DNA of 32,000 bases from Methanocaldococcus jannaschii DSM 2661 (GTDB lineage: Archaea > AGJL01 > Methanococci > Methanococcales > Methanocaldococcaceae), in assembly GCF_000091665.1 (NCBI RefSeq), contig NC_000909.1:473581-505580 (forward strand), written 5' to 3'. This document shows, one piece after another, positions 22,023 through 32,000 of this stretch. Each line of letters starts with the position of its first letter. Positions within the stretch are counted from its first letter, which is position 1. The position numbers and the translations under genes are program-made. The notes below the pieces were generated by a model, which was not told where the DNA came from, did not search any database, and saw nothing but the letters and a program-made list of their open reading frames with translations.

Positions 22023-23042
22023 TTGACTTGCACCATTATTGTTGGAGGACAATGGGGAGATGAAGGAAAAGGAAAGATAATAAGCTATATTTGTGATAAA
22101 GACAAGCCATCAATTATTGCAAGAGGAGGAGTAGGACCAAACGCTGGGCATACTGTAAATATTGGTGGAAAAAGTTATGGAATTAGAATGATACCTACAG
22201 GATTCCCATACAAAGAGGCAAAGTTGGCTATAGGGGCTGGTGTTTTGGTAGATCCAGAAGTTTTGTTAAAAGAGGTAGAGATGCTTAAAGACTTTAATGT
22301 TAAAGAGAGATTGATTGTAGATTATAGATGTGGAATTATTGAAGAGAAGCATAAAATTATGGACAGAAAAGATGAGCACTTGGCTAAAGAGATTGGAACT
22401 ACTGGAAGCGGCTGTGGCCCTGCAAACGTTGATAGAGTGTTGAGGATTTTAAAGCAGGCAAAGGATATTGAAGAGCTTAAAGAATTTTTAGGAGATGTCT
22501 CTGAAGAGGTTAATAATGCATTGGATAGAGGAGAAAATGTTTTAATTGAAGGAACACAGGGAACTTTACTCTCTTTATATTATGGAACCTATCCTTATGT
22601 AACATCCAAGGATACAACAGCTTCATCATTTGCCGCTGATGTTGGAATCGGCCCTACAAAAGTTGATGAGGTTATAGTTGTCTTTAAAACCTTCCCTACA
22701 AGAGTTGGTGCTGGGCCATTTCCAACTGAAATGTCATTAGAAGAGGCAGAGAGCTTGGGAATTGTTGAGTATGGAACAGTTACTGGAAGAAGGAGAAGAG
22801 TTGGCTATTTTGACTTTGAATTAGCAAGGAAAGCTTGTAGGTTGAATGGAGCAACACAGATTGCTTTAACTGGATTAGATAAATACGATAAAGAGTGTTA
22901 TGGAGTAACTGAATATAATAAGCTAAGTGAAAAAGCTAAAGAATTTATAAACAAGATTGAAGAAGTTACTGGAGTTCCAGTAACTATAATCTCCACAGGT
23001 CCAGAAATGCACCAAACAATTGATTTAAGAAATGAGCTATAA
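22023..23042 (+). CDS. purA: Adenylosuccinate synthetase (track start GTG 22005; TTG at 22023 after AAGGTGG RBS preferred)
   Basis: [53 protein letters not shown]. Confidence 0.96.
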   Translation: MTCTIIVGGQWGDEGKGKIISYICDKDKPSIIARGGVGPNAGHTVNIGGKSYGIRMIPTGFPYKEAKLAIGAGVLVDPEVLLKEVEMLKDFNVKERLIVDYRCGIIEEKHKIMDRKDEHLAKEIGTTGSGCGPANVDRVLRILKQAKDIEELKEFLGDVSEEVNNALDRGENVLIEGTQGTLLSLYYGTYPYVTSKDTTASSFAADVGIGPTKVDEVIVVFKTFPTRVGAGPFPTEMSLEEAESLGIVEYGTVTGRRRRVGYFDFELARKACRLNGATQIALTGLDKYDKECYGVTEYNKLSEKAKEFINKIEEVTGVPVTIISTGPEMHQTIDLRNEL

Positions 23043-23106
23043 AATTTAACTAAATTTCATATTATATTAGATAATCTTTTTTAAGGTTAATATAAACCAT
23101 GCCTAA

Positions 23107-23331
23107 CTAAATCGGAATTACTGAAACGCTATCTTTTATAATTATCTTGTATTTTTTATTTTTGTAAATGTATGTTGCATTAGTATTTGGATAGTTAATC
23201 ATTAACTTAGCTTCTGCCTTTTTTAACCTATTTAAATTTTTTTCTATTGGATTTTTTTCGTACTCTTTTTTTGCATTAAAGTAATTGTCTAGTAATTCTT
23301 CAATTGGGTCCTTAAAATTCATCCCTATCAC
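23107..23331 (-). CDS. Small hypothetical protein, 74 aa
   Basis: Intact ORF with RBS-like GGGATG upstream; lysine-rich helix followed by a beta-like segment. Confidence 0.6.
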   Translation of the reverse strand: MIGMNFKDPIEELLDNYFNAKKEYEKNPIEKNLNRLKKAEAKLMINYPNTNATYIYKNKKYKIIIKDSVSVIPI

Positions 23332-23440
23332 TTGTTTTTATCATTATATTAATAGCCTACCGATTTAAACCATATTTGTAGCTTATTATTTAGTTTTTTC
23401 AATAGGATTTCCTTTCTTGTTTTAATGGACTGCTTATTCA

Positions 23441-23459
23441 AACCTTTTAGTAAAAGGTT
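23441..23459. repeat. Palindrome AACCTTTTAGTAAAAGGTT
   Basis: Identical to 293-311; 8 bp from the methyltransferase stop codon. Confidence 0.85.
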
Positions 23460-23467
23460 CATCAAAA

Positions 23468-24400
23468 TTATAACTGTTTTTTGATTTCTTTAGCTATAGC
23501 CCTACCCAGTATCGGAGGAACACTTTCTCCAATTTGATTATACTGAACATCTCTTCCTCCAAAGAATACAAAATCATCAGGATAACTCATCAATCTTGCC
23601 TGTTCTCTTACAGTTAATAACCTATCTTCATAAGGGTGGATAAACCTGCTCCTTCCTTTAACAGTTGGAGCTAATTTTTTAGGATGCAACTTATACCAAT
23701 TAAACATTAACTTTTTCTTTCCTCTATATCTATATAATGCCTCACCCCACTTTAATTTTGAAATCATCTCTACTTTTTCTTTAGATAACTTTTTAATTTC
23801 ATGATTTTTTGCGTCTTTTGGAATGTCTTTTAAAGCTTCTTCTACAACAACAAGTTTATCAACTTTCTTTGGCTTTAATTTTATATTTGAAATAAACATT
23901 CTCGCTCTTTTTGATGGATTTCCATAATCCTCTGCTCTTAATATATTAAAATAAACCTTATGCCCTATATCTCCAAACAACTTTTTTAGTTCATCCTTAA
24001 TTTCTTTAATTTGTGGAACATTTTCCATAACAAATATTAAATCATCATTTCTTTGTGTAAAGTAATTGACATAATCTATATAATACAAAACTAACCTACC
24101 AACTTTGTCTTTATATAATCTATCTAATGGATTGTCTTTAATTAATTTATTTGCCTTTGTAAATGGCTCACATGGAGGAGAGCCGATAATTACATCAACT
24201 TTCTCATTTTTTATAAATTCATCAAACGCTTTCGGAGGAATCCTCTTTATATCATCCATCCAGACAGGGGCTTTTATATTGTATAAATAAGTTTTAACAA
24301 CTGGCTTAAAGTTCTCTATAGCTCCCAAAATTCTGAAGTTTTCATCTAAAAAACCTTTTGAAAAACCTCCACATCCAGAGAATAAATCAATAACATTCAT
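23468..24400 (-). CDS. DNA (cytosine-5) methyltransferase, apparently solitary
   Basis: Motif I DLFSGCGGFSKGF, motif IV IGSPPCEPFTKA, motif VI FVMENVPQI, motif VIII YGNPSKRARMFI, motif X QIGESVPPILGRAI. Confidence 0.95.
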   Translation of the reverse strand: MNVIDLFSGCGGFSKGFLDENFRILGAIENFKPVVKTYLYNIKAPVWMDDIKRIPPKAFDEFIKNEKVDVIIGSPPCEPFTKANKLIKDNPLDRLYKDKVGRLVLYYIDYVNYFTQRNDDLIFVMENVPQIKEIKDELKKLFGDIGHKVYFNILRAEDYGNPSKRARMFISNIKLKPKKVDKLVVVEEALKDIPKDAKNHEIKKLSKEKVEMISKLKWGEALYRYRGKKKLMFNWYKLHPKKLAPTVKGRSRFIHPYEDRLLTVREQARLMSYPDDFVFFGGRDVQYNQIGESVPPILGRAIAKEIKKQL

Positions 24401-24411
24401 ATTCTCACCGA

Positions 24412-24518
24412 AACTTTTAGTAAAAGTTGAACAAAAACTCTTCGAGTTTTTGTAGCCCGAAGCTAACGCTTCGGTTTCATCAAAACTCGTTCCATTAAGT
24501 TGGGGCTTTCAGCCCCAA
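24412..24518. repeat. Cluster of four hairpins between the methyltransferase and alaS
   Basis: AACTTTTAGTAAAAGTT (24412-24428); AAAAACTC-TTC-GAGTTTTT (24433-24451); CCGAAGC-TAAC-GCTTCGG (24457-24474); TTGGGGCT-TTC-AGCCCCAA (24500-24518). Confidence 0.85.
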
Positions 24519-24627
24519 TTATGTCCATTATTAATATGAATGAAAAAATCCGATATGATTTTATTAAACGCTTCATATCCAATATTCTCACCAAAAAAGA
24601 AAAATTAAATTAATCGTTAAAGCAAAT

Positions 24628-27306
24628 TTATTTATTTTTAATGAACTCAATAACTTTCTTTTTAATCTCCTCTACATCTCCTTCATATTTTCCTTGAGCT
24701 AAATGCTCTCTACCTCCTCCTTTGGCAATATATCTTATAAGTTCATTCATTTTTATATCTACATTTTCTCCTCTTTTACATAATATATTGCCCTTATCAT
24801 TCAATAACACAACTATGGCATTTTCAGTAGCTAAGTTATCAGCTATGTTCAACATCTCTTTTGGATTAGCCTCAACTTTCTCAACTAAAACTTTGTAATT
24901 TCCAATTGTCTCAAATTTATTTATTAATTCAAATTTCTTAAGTTCTCCTATCTTTTTCTCTAACTCCTCTATCTTCTTTCTCTGCTCCTTCCACTCTTCA
25001 AAGAATCTCTTTATAACCTTTGGCAGTTCTTCAGTTGGGCATCTTAAAATCTCAGCACTCTCCTCTAATATATCCTCCATCTCTTGCACTGCTTTTAAAG
25101 CACTTAAGCCACTTGAATAAATCAGCCTTTCAACACCATCTTGAACTCTCTCTGTCTTAATTATCTTTATAAATCCAACCTCTCCAGTGTTTTGGCAGTG
25201 CGTCCCACCACATGCTTGAACATCAACGATATTTCCATTTTCATCTTCAATAATAACAATCCTTAAAACATTTCCTGGAACAACTCCTCCTTGATATATT
25301 CTAAATCCAAATTTCTCCTCTGCCTCATTTCTATCCATAAATATACTCTTTATGTTATAATTATTTAAGACAATCTCATTAGCTACTCTCTCAATATCTT
25401 TCAGTTCTTCTCTGCTTATTCTCTTATAGTGAGTTATATCCAACCTCGCTTTATCTACATCAACATCTGAACCTGCCTGCCAAACATGCCTTCCTAAAAC
25501 CTTCTGAGCTGCAGCATTTATTATGTGTGTTGCAGTGTGGTTTCTCATTAAACTTAACCTTCTCTTCCAATCAATAACTCCTTTAACAATATCTCCTTCT
25601 TTTAATTCATCATTTAAGTTCTCTATTTTATGATAAACTATATTATTTTCTTTCTGCACATCAACAACTCTAAACTTCTTATCTCCTTTTATTATATATC
25701 CAGTATCTGCCTTCTGTCCTCCACCTTCTGGATAGAATGCAGTTCTATCTAAGATTACATAATCATCAACAATTCTTAAGATTTTAGCCTCAAACTCTTT
25801 CATTTTTGGATATTCGTAGAATAACAGTTCTGTCTTATCAACATTAACTTCTGGAAGTTTAATTTTCTCTTTAACTTCTTTTTTATTTTCGTGTCTCTCT
25901 GCAACTATTGTATAGAAGTTGTCTGGAATTTTAACATCTTTTCCTAACGATTTAGCAACGTCTTTAACGATCTCTGGAGGTAAGCCATGGCTGTCATATA
26001 ACTCAATTAAATTCTCTAAATCAATCTCTTTTTTGCTCTTTAATAATCTTTCAACGATTCCTTTTCCTCTTTCAATTGTCTGTCTATACTTATTTGTCTC
26101 AATTTCTAAAATCTCCATAATGTAATCTTCCATATCCAATAACTCTGGATATAAGTCCTTTAGTTCATTCAACTGCATTGCAACAATTTCGGTTATTGGT
26201 GTTGAAAGGTTTAGCCGATCCATATGTCTTAATGTCTTTCTTATAAGCATTCTAACCAAATAACCATCCTTAACGTTTGAAGGAACTATTCCATCTCCCA
26301 ACATAAATGCCAAAGCCCTCGTATGATCTACTATTGCATAGATGTCTTCATAAGGGGAGATTAACTTATCTAACTCCTCAACTGGGATATTTACTTTGTT
26401 AGCTACTTCCTCTCTCAACTTTCTCAAATCCCCAACATCCTTAACATCCATTAATCCAGCAACTTCTGTAATTTTAGCCAATATCTCCTTATCTATATCT
26501 TTAACTCCTGCATCTTCTTTTAATTTATTGACGATATTTTTAAATATGGCATCGTATATTGTTGGTTCTCCAGTTGAAGCCCAGACAAATCTTTCAATAC
26601 CATAACCAGTATCAACGATTTTTAACGGAATTTCTTTGTAGTTATCTCCAACTTTCTCATACTGCATAAAAACAAGGGTTGCTAACTCAACACCATGAGT
26701 TATTACCTCATAGCAAGGCCCAGCATTTCCCCCACCTTCCCACCAACTCTCAATAAAGGTTATTGATTTCTCATCTATGCCCAATTTTTTAAAGAAGTTA
26801 AAGCAGAGTTCAACTGTCTCATCCTGCCAGTATTTGAAGTCATCTTCTCTGTTAAAAGCATGATGTCCTCCCATTGTAAAGCATGTTAAATGCCTTCCAG
26901 TTCTTCCAACGTTGTCAATATCATTCAACCTTATACATGGCTGGGCTATAACTAAAGGATTTGCCTTTGGTTTTACAATTCCTTTGGTGATCCATGGCTG
27001 AAACACAGCTATTGAAGCGATTGTTAATAAAATATCATCTCTCCATCTTCTTGCAGTTACTGGAGCTCTTTTTATTGGTTCATGCCCATGCTCTTTAAAG
27101 AAGTTTATAAACTCTTTAACCATTTCCTTGTATGTATATGGCTTTTTAGTTATCGGCTTTCCAATAAATGAATAGATATCACAAGGTGCATCTCCACATG
27201 TTTCTCTCTCTTCATCCAAAGTCCAAAACCATTGCCCACATTTCTTACACTTCTTTCTTACAAATCCAAGTTCATCAAATAATTTTACTTTATAATTATG
27301 TTTCAT
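24628..27306 (-). CDS. alaS: Alanyl-tRNA synthetase (archaeal type)
   Basis: [24 protein letters not shown]-terminal class II core, editing-domain [16 protein letters not shown] and [13 protein letters not shown] motifs. Confidence 0.97.
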
Positions 27307-27479
27307 CCCATCACCTTTAATGATTGCAGTTTTTAGTATCTTTCAAGACCTCTTAAAACATTTTAAGTGGTTCATAAATAAATTTTATTAATTTGTGAGA
27401 TACATGGTAGGTAAGTAGCTATAATTTTATAAGTTATATTTAAATATTAATTTTCATAAGAAAGAAGACAAAAATGTTT

Positions 27480-27910
27480 GTATATGAATTTGCCTATAAT
27501 CTATTGTAGGTTTGGAATTTCTGATTTTGTTGTTTGGTTTATGGATTGTCTTGTTGGATAAGTTTAGAATTTGAAAATAAGAGCATTTAGGAATTATTTC
27601 TTTATTTAAATAATATTTATTTAATTTCTAAGGGTTAGCTGATTTGATTGTTTAAAATATTTAACTTAATTAAATTATTTAGATTTTTAAAAATTAAGAT
27701 TAATTAGGTAAGTAAATAAAATTTCTCTAACAAATAAGTTAAATTTTTGGATTTAAAAAGATAAAAATGCTCAGTTTTATTAAAGGGAGAAAATTTTAAA
27801 TACTAAAAGGTTTATATTGTAAGATGGTTATTTATCCTTAGAAAAATATGGTATAGAAAAGCTTAAATATTAAGAGTGATGAAGTATATTATGTTGTGAA
27901 TGATTGCCCT
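27480..27910 (+). other. Candidate AT-rich CRISPR leader (boundaries approximate); position and size match the long-repeat (LR) segments described next to short-repeat arrays in M. jannaschii
   Basis: Long non-coding AT-rich tract immediately before the first perfect repeat, opposite to the degenerate repeat end. Confidence 0.6.
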
Positions 27911-28409
27911 GTTAAAATCAGACCTCTTGGAGGATGGAAAGTTGAAAATATTTTGATGATTTCTTACATACTTTTTAGTTAAAATCAGACCTCTTGGAGG
28001 ATGGAAAGGATAGTGGGGGCTGGTATTGGGATTGTGGAATATGGACGGGGTTAAAATCAGACCTCTTGGAGGATGGAAAGTTAAAGGAGGTAATCTAACG
28101 ATGAGGGAGGGCAGAGTTAAAATCAGACCTCTTGGAGGATGGAAAGGTGTGTGTGCGTGTGTTGGGGGAGGCAGGTTAAAATCAGACCTCTTGGAGGATG
28201 GAAAGTTATTTCGATAGCTTCCTTGGCATCCTCTGCTTCAAGTTAAAATCAGACCTCTTGGAGGATGGAAAACTTGATGCCGTAAAAAATCTTAGATTGC
28301 TAACCCAATGTTAAAATCAGACCTCTTGGAGGATGGAAACTTTTCAAATACTTCTACTTTCAAATTGTAACTATCATAAATTAAAATAAGACCTCTTGGA
28401 GGCTAACAA
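27911..28409 (+). CRISPR. CRISPR array: 7 perfect 30-nt repeats GTTAAAATCAGACCTCTTGGAGGATGGAAA plus one degenerate terminal repeat; 7 spacers of 29-42 nt
   Basis: Repeats at 27911-27940, 27978-28007, 28050-28079, 28116-28145, 28175-28204, 28242-28271, 28310-28339; degenerate copy 28380-28409. Spacer lengths 37, 42, 36, 29, 37, 38, 40. Confidence 0.98.
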
Positions 28410-28461
28410 AAACTATTTTAAAAACTAAAAATAGCAACTAAAAAATAATTATTTTTCTTCT

Positions 28462-28905
28462 CTATGTTGTAGATGATGAGATAATTTTAGCTATTCTGTA
28501 TGGAATTATCGCAAGCATTCCTAAAACTAAATATACAGTTAAATCGTTAAAAAATCCCCAATCTGCCCAATCCTCAAACCCCAATAAAAATCCAATAGCA
28601 TCAGATATTAAAATCAAAAATGCAATAACCCCAATTCCCAAACCAATAATAGAAGCAGTAAATAAATAAGAAACTGCTTTTATATCCCTATCCACAGCTT
28701 TTTTTACACCTAAAAAATATGCTATTCCAACAGCTAATAAAGCTAAACCACCAAATACATCTCCTACAAATAATGGCAATTCAATTTTAAAGCCCAATAT
28801 TGAGTAAAGCCCAATTATTATTTCAATAATCCCAGAAACTGTGAATAGTAATCCAAATACCAAAGACAAGCTAACAATTACATTTCTCATATTCTTTATG
28901 TCCAT
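28462..28905 (-). CDS. Hypothetical membrane protein, 147 aa
   Basis: Four hydrophobic segments (VIVSLSLVFGLLFTVSGIIEIIIGLYSIL...). Confidence 0.8.
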   Translation of the reverse strand: MDIKNMRNVIVSLSLVFGLLFTVSGIIEIIIGLYSILGFKIELPLFVGDVFGGLALLAVGIAYFLGVKKAVDRDIKAVSYLFTASIIGLGIGVIAFLILISDAIGFLLGFEDWADWGFFNDLTVYLVLGMLAIIPYRIAKIISSSTT

Positions 28906-28919
28906 AATTAATCACCTTA

Positions 28920-30926
28920 TTAAAATAATAGATTTCCAATAACGGAGATTACCAAAGCTACAACATAAGCTAATATCATCTCATAAGTTACTGCAAATAA
29001 CGCCCATTTCCACCCAATTTCTTGCTTTATAACTGCTAATGTTGCAATACATGGGAGGTAAATTAAAGAAAATGCCATAAATGCATAGGCAGATACTGGA
29101 GAGAATGCATGAGCAATAACAGATGAGAGATTTTCCTCTCCAGTCCCATATAACATTGCCAAACTTCCAACAACTACCTCCTTAGCTATTATCCCAAACA
29201 CCAAAGCAGAGCAAGCCCTCCAATCCCATCCCATTGGAGAAAATAAAGGAGCTAAAGTTTTTCCAATAACTGCAACCCATGAATTAGCTATTAATTGAGG
29301 ATTTTCAAATACTTCCTCTCCTAAATATCCTGAAGGTCCATAAACTGATAAAACCCAAACTAAGATAACTCCAAATACAATAATTGTTCCCGCCTTTCTT
29401 AAAAAGTCATAAACTCTCTCCCAAGTATTTTTTAGAACTACATTTAAATGTGGGATATGATAGGGAGGAAGTTCAACAATCAAGTATGAGGGGGAAGTTT
29501 TAAAAATCAACTTTCTAAATAAAAATGCTGTAATTAAAGCTAAAACAACTCCAAGGGCATACATGCTTAAAATTACAACTCCCTGATATTTTGAGAATAA
29601 AGCTCCAGCGAATAGTGCATATATGGGCAGTCGTGCAGAACAAGACAATAGAGGATTTATTAATATAGTTAAAATCCTATCCTTCTCATCCTCTATGGTT
29701 CTTGTTGCCATTATCGCCGGAACATTACATCCAAAGCCCATAACCATTGAGATAACTGCCTTTCCAGGCAAGCCGAATTTGTTCATTATTCTATCTGTGA
29801 TAAATGGAATCCTCGCCATGTATCCACTATCCTCTAAGAAGGATATGGCAAAGAATAAAAATGCCAAGATTGGAAAGAACACTAAAACAGCTCCAACACC
29901 TGAAATAATCCCATCAGCTAATAATGAGGCAATAAATTTATTGGATATGGAGGATTTTACAACTTCTGATAAAAATCCAAAGAAATATTCTATCATGGCT
30001 GAAAATGGCTTTGAAACATCGAATGTAAATTTAAACAACATCCATAAAAATGGGATAATCAATAAAGTTCCTATTTTTTCATCTGTTAAAACATCATCAA
30101 GCATTTCAGTAGTTGTTAGCTTTCCAGAAGTTTTTTTCATTACTTCTTTAACTATTTTATCAATAACCTTATACCTCTCCTCAACTATCCCCAATTCTGC
30201 CTCTCCATATTTTTTAGATAATTCATTTATAATACTATCCAATACTGGTTTTAATTCATTCCAAACTTTGCTATTTTTTACAATCTCTTCAACATACTTA
30301 TCATTTTCAAGGAGCTTTATAGCCAAATATCTCAGATTATACTTCTTTAAATCTTCATCCTTCTGTAAAATAGAGGTTATTTTTTTAATGTAAGGCTCAA
30401 AGTTTGGATACTTGATTTCAGCTGTTTTTTTATCTTTTACAGCTATAGATATAGCTTTTTTTAAATCTTCAATACCCATCTTTTTAGCTGCAGATAAAGG
30501 AACAACTTTAACTCCTAAAATCTTCTCTAATTTATCTACATCAATCTCTATTCCTAAACTTTTAGCTAAATCCATTTTATTTAAAGCCAACAATAAATTA
30601 GCCCCCATTTCCATTAACTGTAAAGTTAAATATAGATTTCTTTCTAAGGCAGTAGCATCAACAATATTAACGACTAAATCTGGTTTTTCGTTTATTATGT
30701 AGTCTCTTGCAATAATCTCATCAATAGAATTGGCTGTTAAACTATAAACTCCAGGTAAATCAACAACTTTAAATTTTTCTCCATTATATTCAAACTCTCC
30801 TTCTTTTTTCTCTACAGTTACTCCAGGCCAATTTCCAATATATACATTTTCCCCAGTTAAAGCGTTAAATATGGTAGATTTACCAACGTTTGGGTTACCG
30901 ATTAAAGCTATTTCATAGCTTTTCAT
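28920..30926 (-). CDS. feoB: Ferrous iron transport protein B (track start 30947; ATG at 30926 with GGGGGAG RBS preferred)
   Basis: [35 protein letters not shown], nucleoside-recognition/Gate TM domains. Confidence 0.96.
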   Translation of the reverse strand: MKSYEIALIGNPNVGKSTIFNALTGENVYIGNWPGVTVEKKEGEFEYNGEKFKVVDLPGVYSLTANSIDEIIARDYIINEKPDLVVNIVDATALERNLYLTLQLMEMGANLLLALNKMDLAKSLGIEIDVDKLEKILGVKVVPLSAAKKMGIEDLKKAISIAVKDKKTAEIKYPNFEPYIKKITSILQKDEDLKKYNLRYLAIKLLENDKYVEEIVKNSKVWNELKPVLDSIINELSKKYGEAELGIVEERYKVIDKIVKEVMKKTSGKLTTTEMLDDVLTDEKIGTLLIIPFLWMLFKFTFDVSKPFSAMIEYFFGFLSEVVKSSISNKFIASLLADGIISGVGAVLVFFPILAFLFFAISFLEDSGYMARIPFITDRIMNKFGLPGKAVISMVMGFGCNVPAIMATRTIEDEKDRILTILINPLLSCSARLPIYALFAGALFSKYQGVVILSMYALGVVLALITAFLFRKLIFKTSPSYLIVELPPYHIPHLNVVLKNTWERVYDFLRKAGTIIVFGVILVWVLSVYGPSGYLGEEVFENPQLIANSWVAVIGKTLAPLFSPMGWDWRACSALVFGIIAKEVVVGSLAMLYGTGEENLSSVIAHAFSPVSAYAFMAFSLIYLPCIATLAVIKQEIGWKWALFAVTYEMILAYVVALVISVIGNLLF

Positions 30927-31161
30927 TCTCTCCCCCATACTCAGCATCCTCTACCATTATTTTCATCGCTAAACCTCTCCCTATTGCTATATTGCTTCCT
31001 TTAGTTGATATTATTACAGGTCCATTCTGATTTCTTATAACTTTTAATTTACTTCCTATATTAATCCCCATGCTTACCAATCTCTGCATAGCTCCACAAC
31101 CAGCGTCAATTTTCTTTACTATAACTTCCTCTCCCTCTTTTGCAAATGCTAATGGATACAT
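30913..31161 (-). CDS. feoA: Ferrous iron transport protein A
   Basis: [56 protein letters not shown]; overlaps the feoB start. Confidence 0.93.
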   Translation of the reverse strand: MYPLAFAKEGEEVIVKKIDAGCGAMQRLVSMGINIGSKLKVIRNQNGPVIISTKGSNIAIGRGLAMKIMVEDAEYGGENEKL

Positions 31162-31182
31162 AATACCACAACATTTATATAT

Positions 31183-31239
31183 GGTTAAATGATTTAATTA
31201 TAGTTAAAATTTTTAACCGTAGTTAAATAATAACATGCA
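31183..31239. promoter_or_regulatory. Three tandem 19-bp units (each with GTTAAA) in the divergent feoA / DtxR-like promoter; candidate metal-regulator operator
   Basis: GGTTAAATGATTTAATTAT / AGTTAAAATTTTTAACCGT / AGTTAAATAATAACATGCA; GTTAAA at 31184, 31203, 31222; the central unit holds the perfect palindrome GTTAAAA-T-TTTTAAC (31203-31217). Confidence 0.55.
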
Positions 31240-31265
31240 GGGTATAAAAACCTTTCGGTGGCATC

Positions 31266-31643
31266 ATGTCTCAAAGTATTGAGGATTATTTAGAGAGGAT
31301 TTATTTATTCATAAAAGAAAATAACAGACCAATAAAAACAACTGAACTGGCTAAATTGTTAAATATAAAGCCATCAGCAGTTACAAATATGGCAAAAAAA
31401 CTGCATAGATTGGGTTATGTTAATTATGAGCCATATATTGGGATAACTTTAACTGAAAAAGGCATTGAAGAGGCTAAAAAAATATTGGACAAACATAAAA
31501 CAATTAAAATATTTTTAGTGGAGTTTTTAGGATTGGATGAAAAAACAGCATCTGAAGAAGCTTGCAAATTAGAACATGCATTATCAGATGAAATATTAGA
31601 GAGATTAAAAATTTTTATGGAGAAATTTAAAGATAAAGTTTAA
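31266..31643 (+). CDS. DtxR/MntR-family metal-dependent transcriptional regulator
   Basis: SQSIEDYLERIYLFIKENNRPIKTTELAKLLNIKPSAVTNMAKKLHRLGYVNYEPYIGITLTEKG; HALSDEILERL metal-site region. Confidence 0.92.
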   Translation: MSQSIEDYLERIYLFIKENNRPIKTTELAKLLNIKPSAVTNMAKKLHRLGYVNYEPYIGITLTEKGIEEAKKILDKHKTIKIFLVEFLGLDEKTASEEACKLEHALSDEILERLKIFMEKFKDKV

Positions 31644-32000
31644 TTTTTTAATTTTAGTCCAATTTTTTTCCCTAATTCAACTGCCTTATCAATCTCATCA
31701 ATTTTACATTTAACCTCTCCAGAGGCATTTTTTAACTCATCGTTGGTAACAACTGCAGCTTTTAATTTTAATAACTCATTTTTTTCATCATAAACTGCTA
31801 AAGCTCCAAATGGAACACTACAACCTCCTCCAAATTCATTTAATGCAGTTCTTTCACATAAACTCTCTAAGTAAGTTCTTTCATGGTTAATCTCTTTTAA
31901 GATGCTTTTCATTTCCTCATCATCTCTTTTGCAAGCAACGGCTATAATTCCTTGAGCAGGAGCTGGAAGGATATCCAATCTTTTATAGTTAAAATCCTCT
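31640..32000 (-). CDS. hemC: Porphobilinogen deaminase (hydroxymethylbilane synthase), partial; N-terminal part beyond the right edge
   Basis: ILPAPAQGIIAVACKRDD and RTALNEFGGGCSVPFGALA; the frame stays open to 32000. Confidence 0.93.
   Translation of the reverse strand, partial: EDFNYKRLDILPAPAQGIIAVACKRDDEEMKSILKEINHERTYLESLCERTALNEFGGGCSVPFGALAVYDEKNELLKLKAAVVTNDELKNASGEVKCKIDEIDKAVELGKKIGLKLKN

Noticed and set aside
24519-24600. Reverse-strand open stretch GENIGYEAFNKIISDFFIHINNGHNWG-stop as a truncated gene remnant
   Set aside because: Only about 27 codons, preceded by a T-rich run and in-frame stop, with no homologue in the window. It cannot be distinguished from a chance open frame in AT-rich DNA.
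28026-28217. ORF track entry [19 protein letters not shown]... as a repeat-containing protein
   Set aside because: It lies entirely inside the CRISPR array. The repeated KIRPLGGWK is only a translation of the direct repeat.
27480-28409. A complete CRISPR-Cas defence locus
   Set aside because: Flanking genes are alaS and a small membrane protein/feoB. No Cas1, Cas2, Cas6 or effector motifs occur in the window.
29623-30702. Long plus-strand ORFs 29623..30393 (256 aa) and 30412..30702
   Set aside because: Antisense to feoB, a full-length and highly recognisable gene. The 256-aa frame has Ser/Ile/Phe-rich shadow composition.

Overview
This window looks like a chromosomal segment of a hyperthermophilic, AT-rich methanogen. 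Gene order and the 412-aa PEP synthase intein match my recollection of Methanocaldococcus jannaschii, but I ran no database search. Most of it is ordinary housekeeping sequence: korB tail, class-I lysS, NMN adenylyltransferase, ppsA, rpl10e, GT2 glycosyltransferase, minD, nikR, radical SAM protein, siroheme/Fe-S reductase, cobK/cbiJ, acylphosphatase, M42 peptidase, CBS, Nep1, HTH, surE, purA, alaS, feoB/feoA, DtxR-like regulator, hemC. Accessory or unusual content: (1) a class-3 style intein-bearing PEP synthase was not assumed; it is a standard LAGLIDADG intein that splits the catalytic His motif and lacks the usual penultimate His; (2) a small CRISPR array with 7 perfect 30-nt repeats plus one degenerate terminal repeat and no cas genes in the window; three adjacent spacers are strongly G-rich; (3) a solitary C5 DNA methyltransferase bracketed by near-identical palindromes; (4) palindrome-rich intergenic elements, one separating a gene from a diverged copy of its own 3' end; (5) a degraded acylphosphatase pseudogene; (6) a tight three-gene cluster of minD, an untracked 56-aa TM/coiled-coil microprotein, and a sequon-dense surface protein; (7) a three-unit 19-bp periodic motif in the divergent feoA/DtxR-like promoter; (8) untracked small membrane ORFs. 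I found no convincing complete new system. The best candidates for follow-up are the palindrome elements with gene-end duplications and the minD microprotein cluster.
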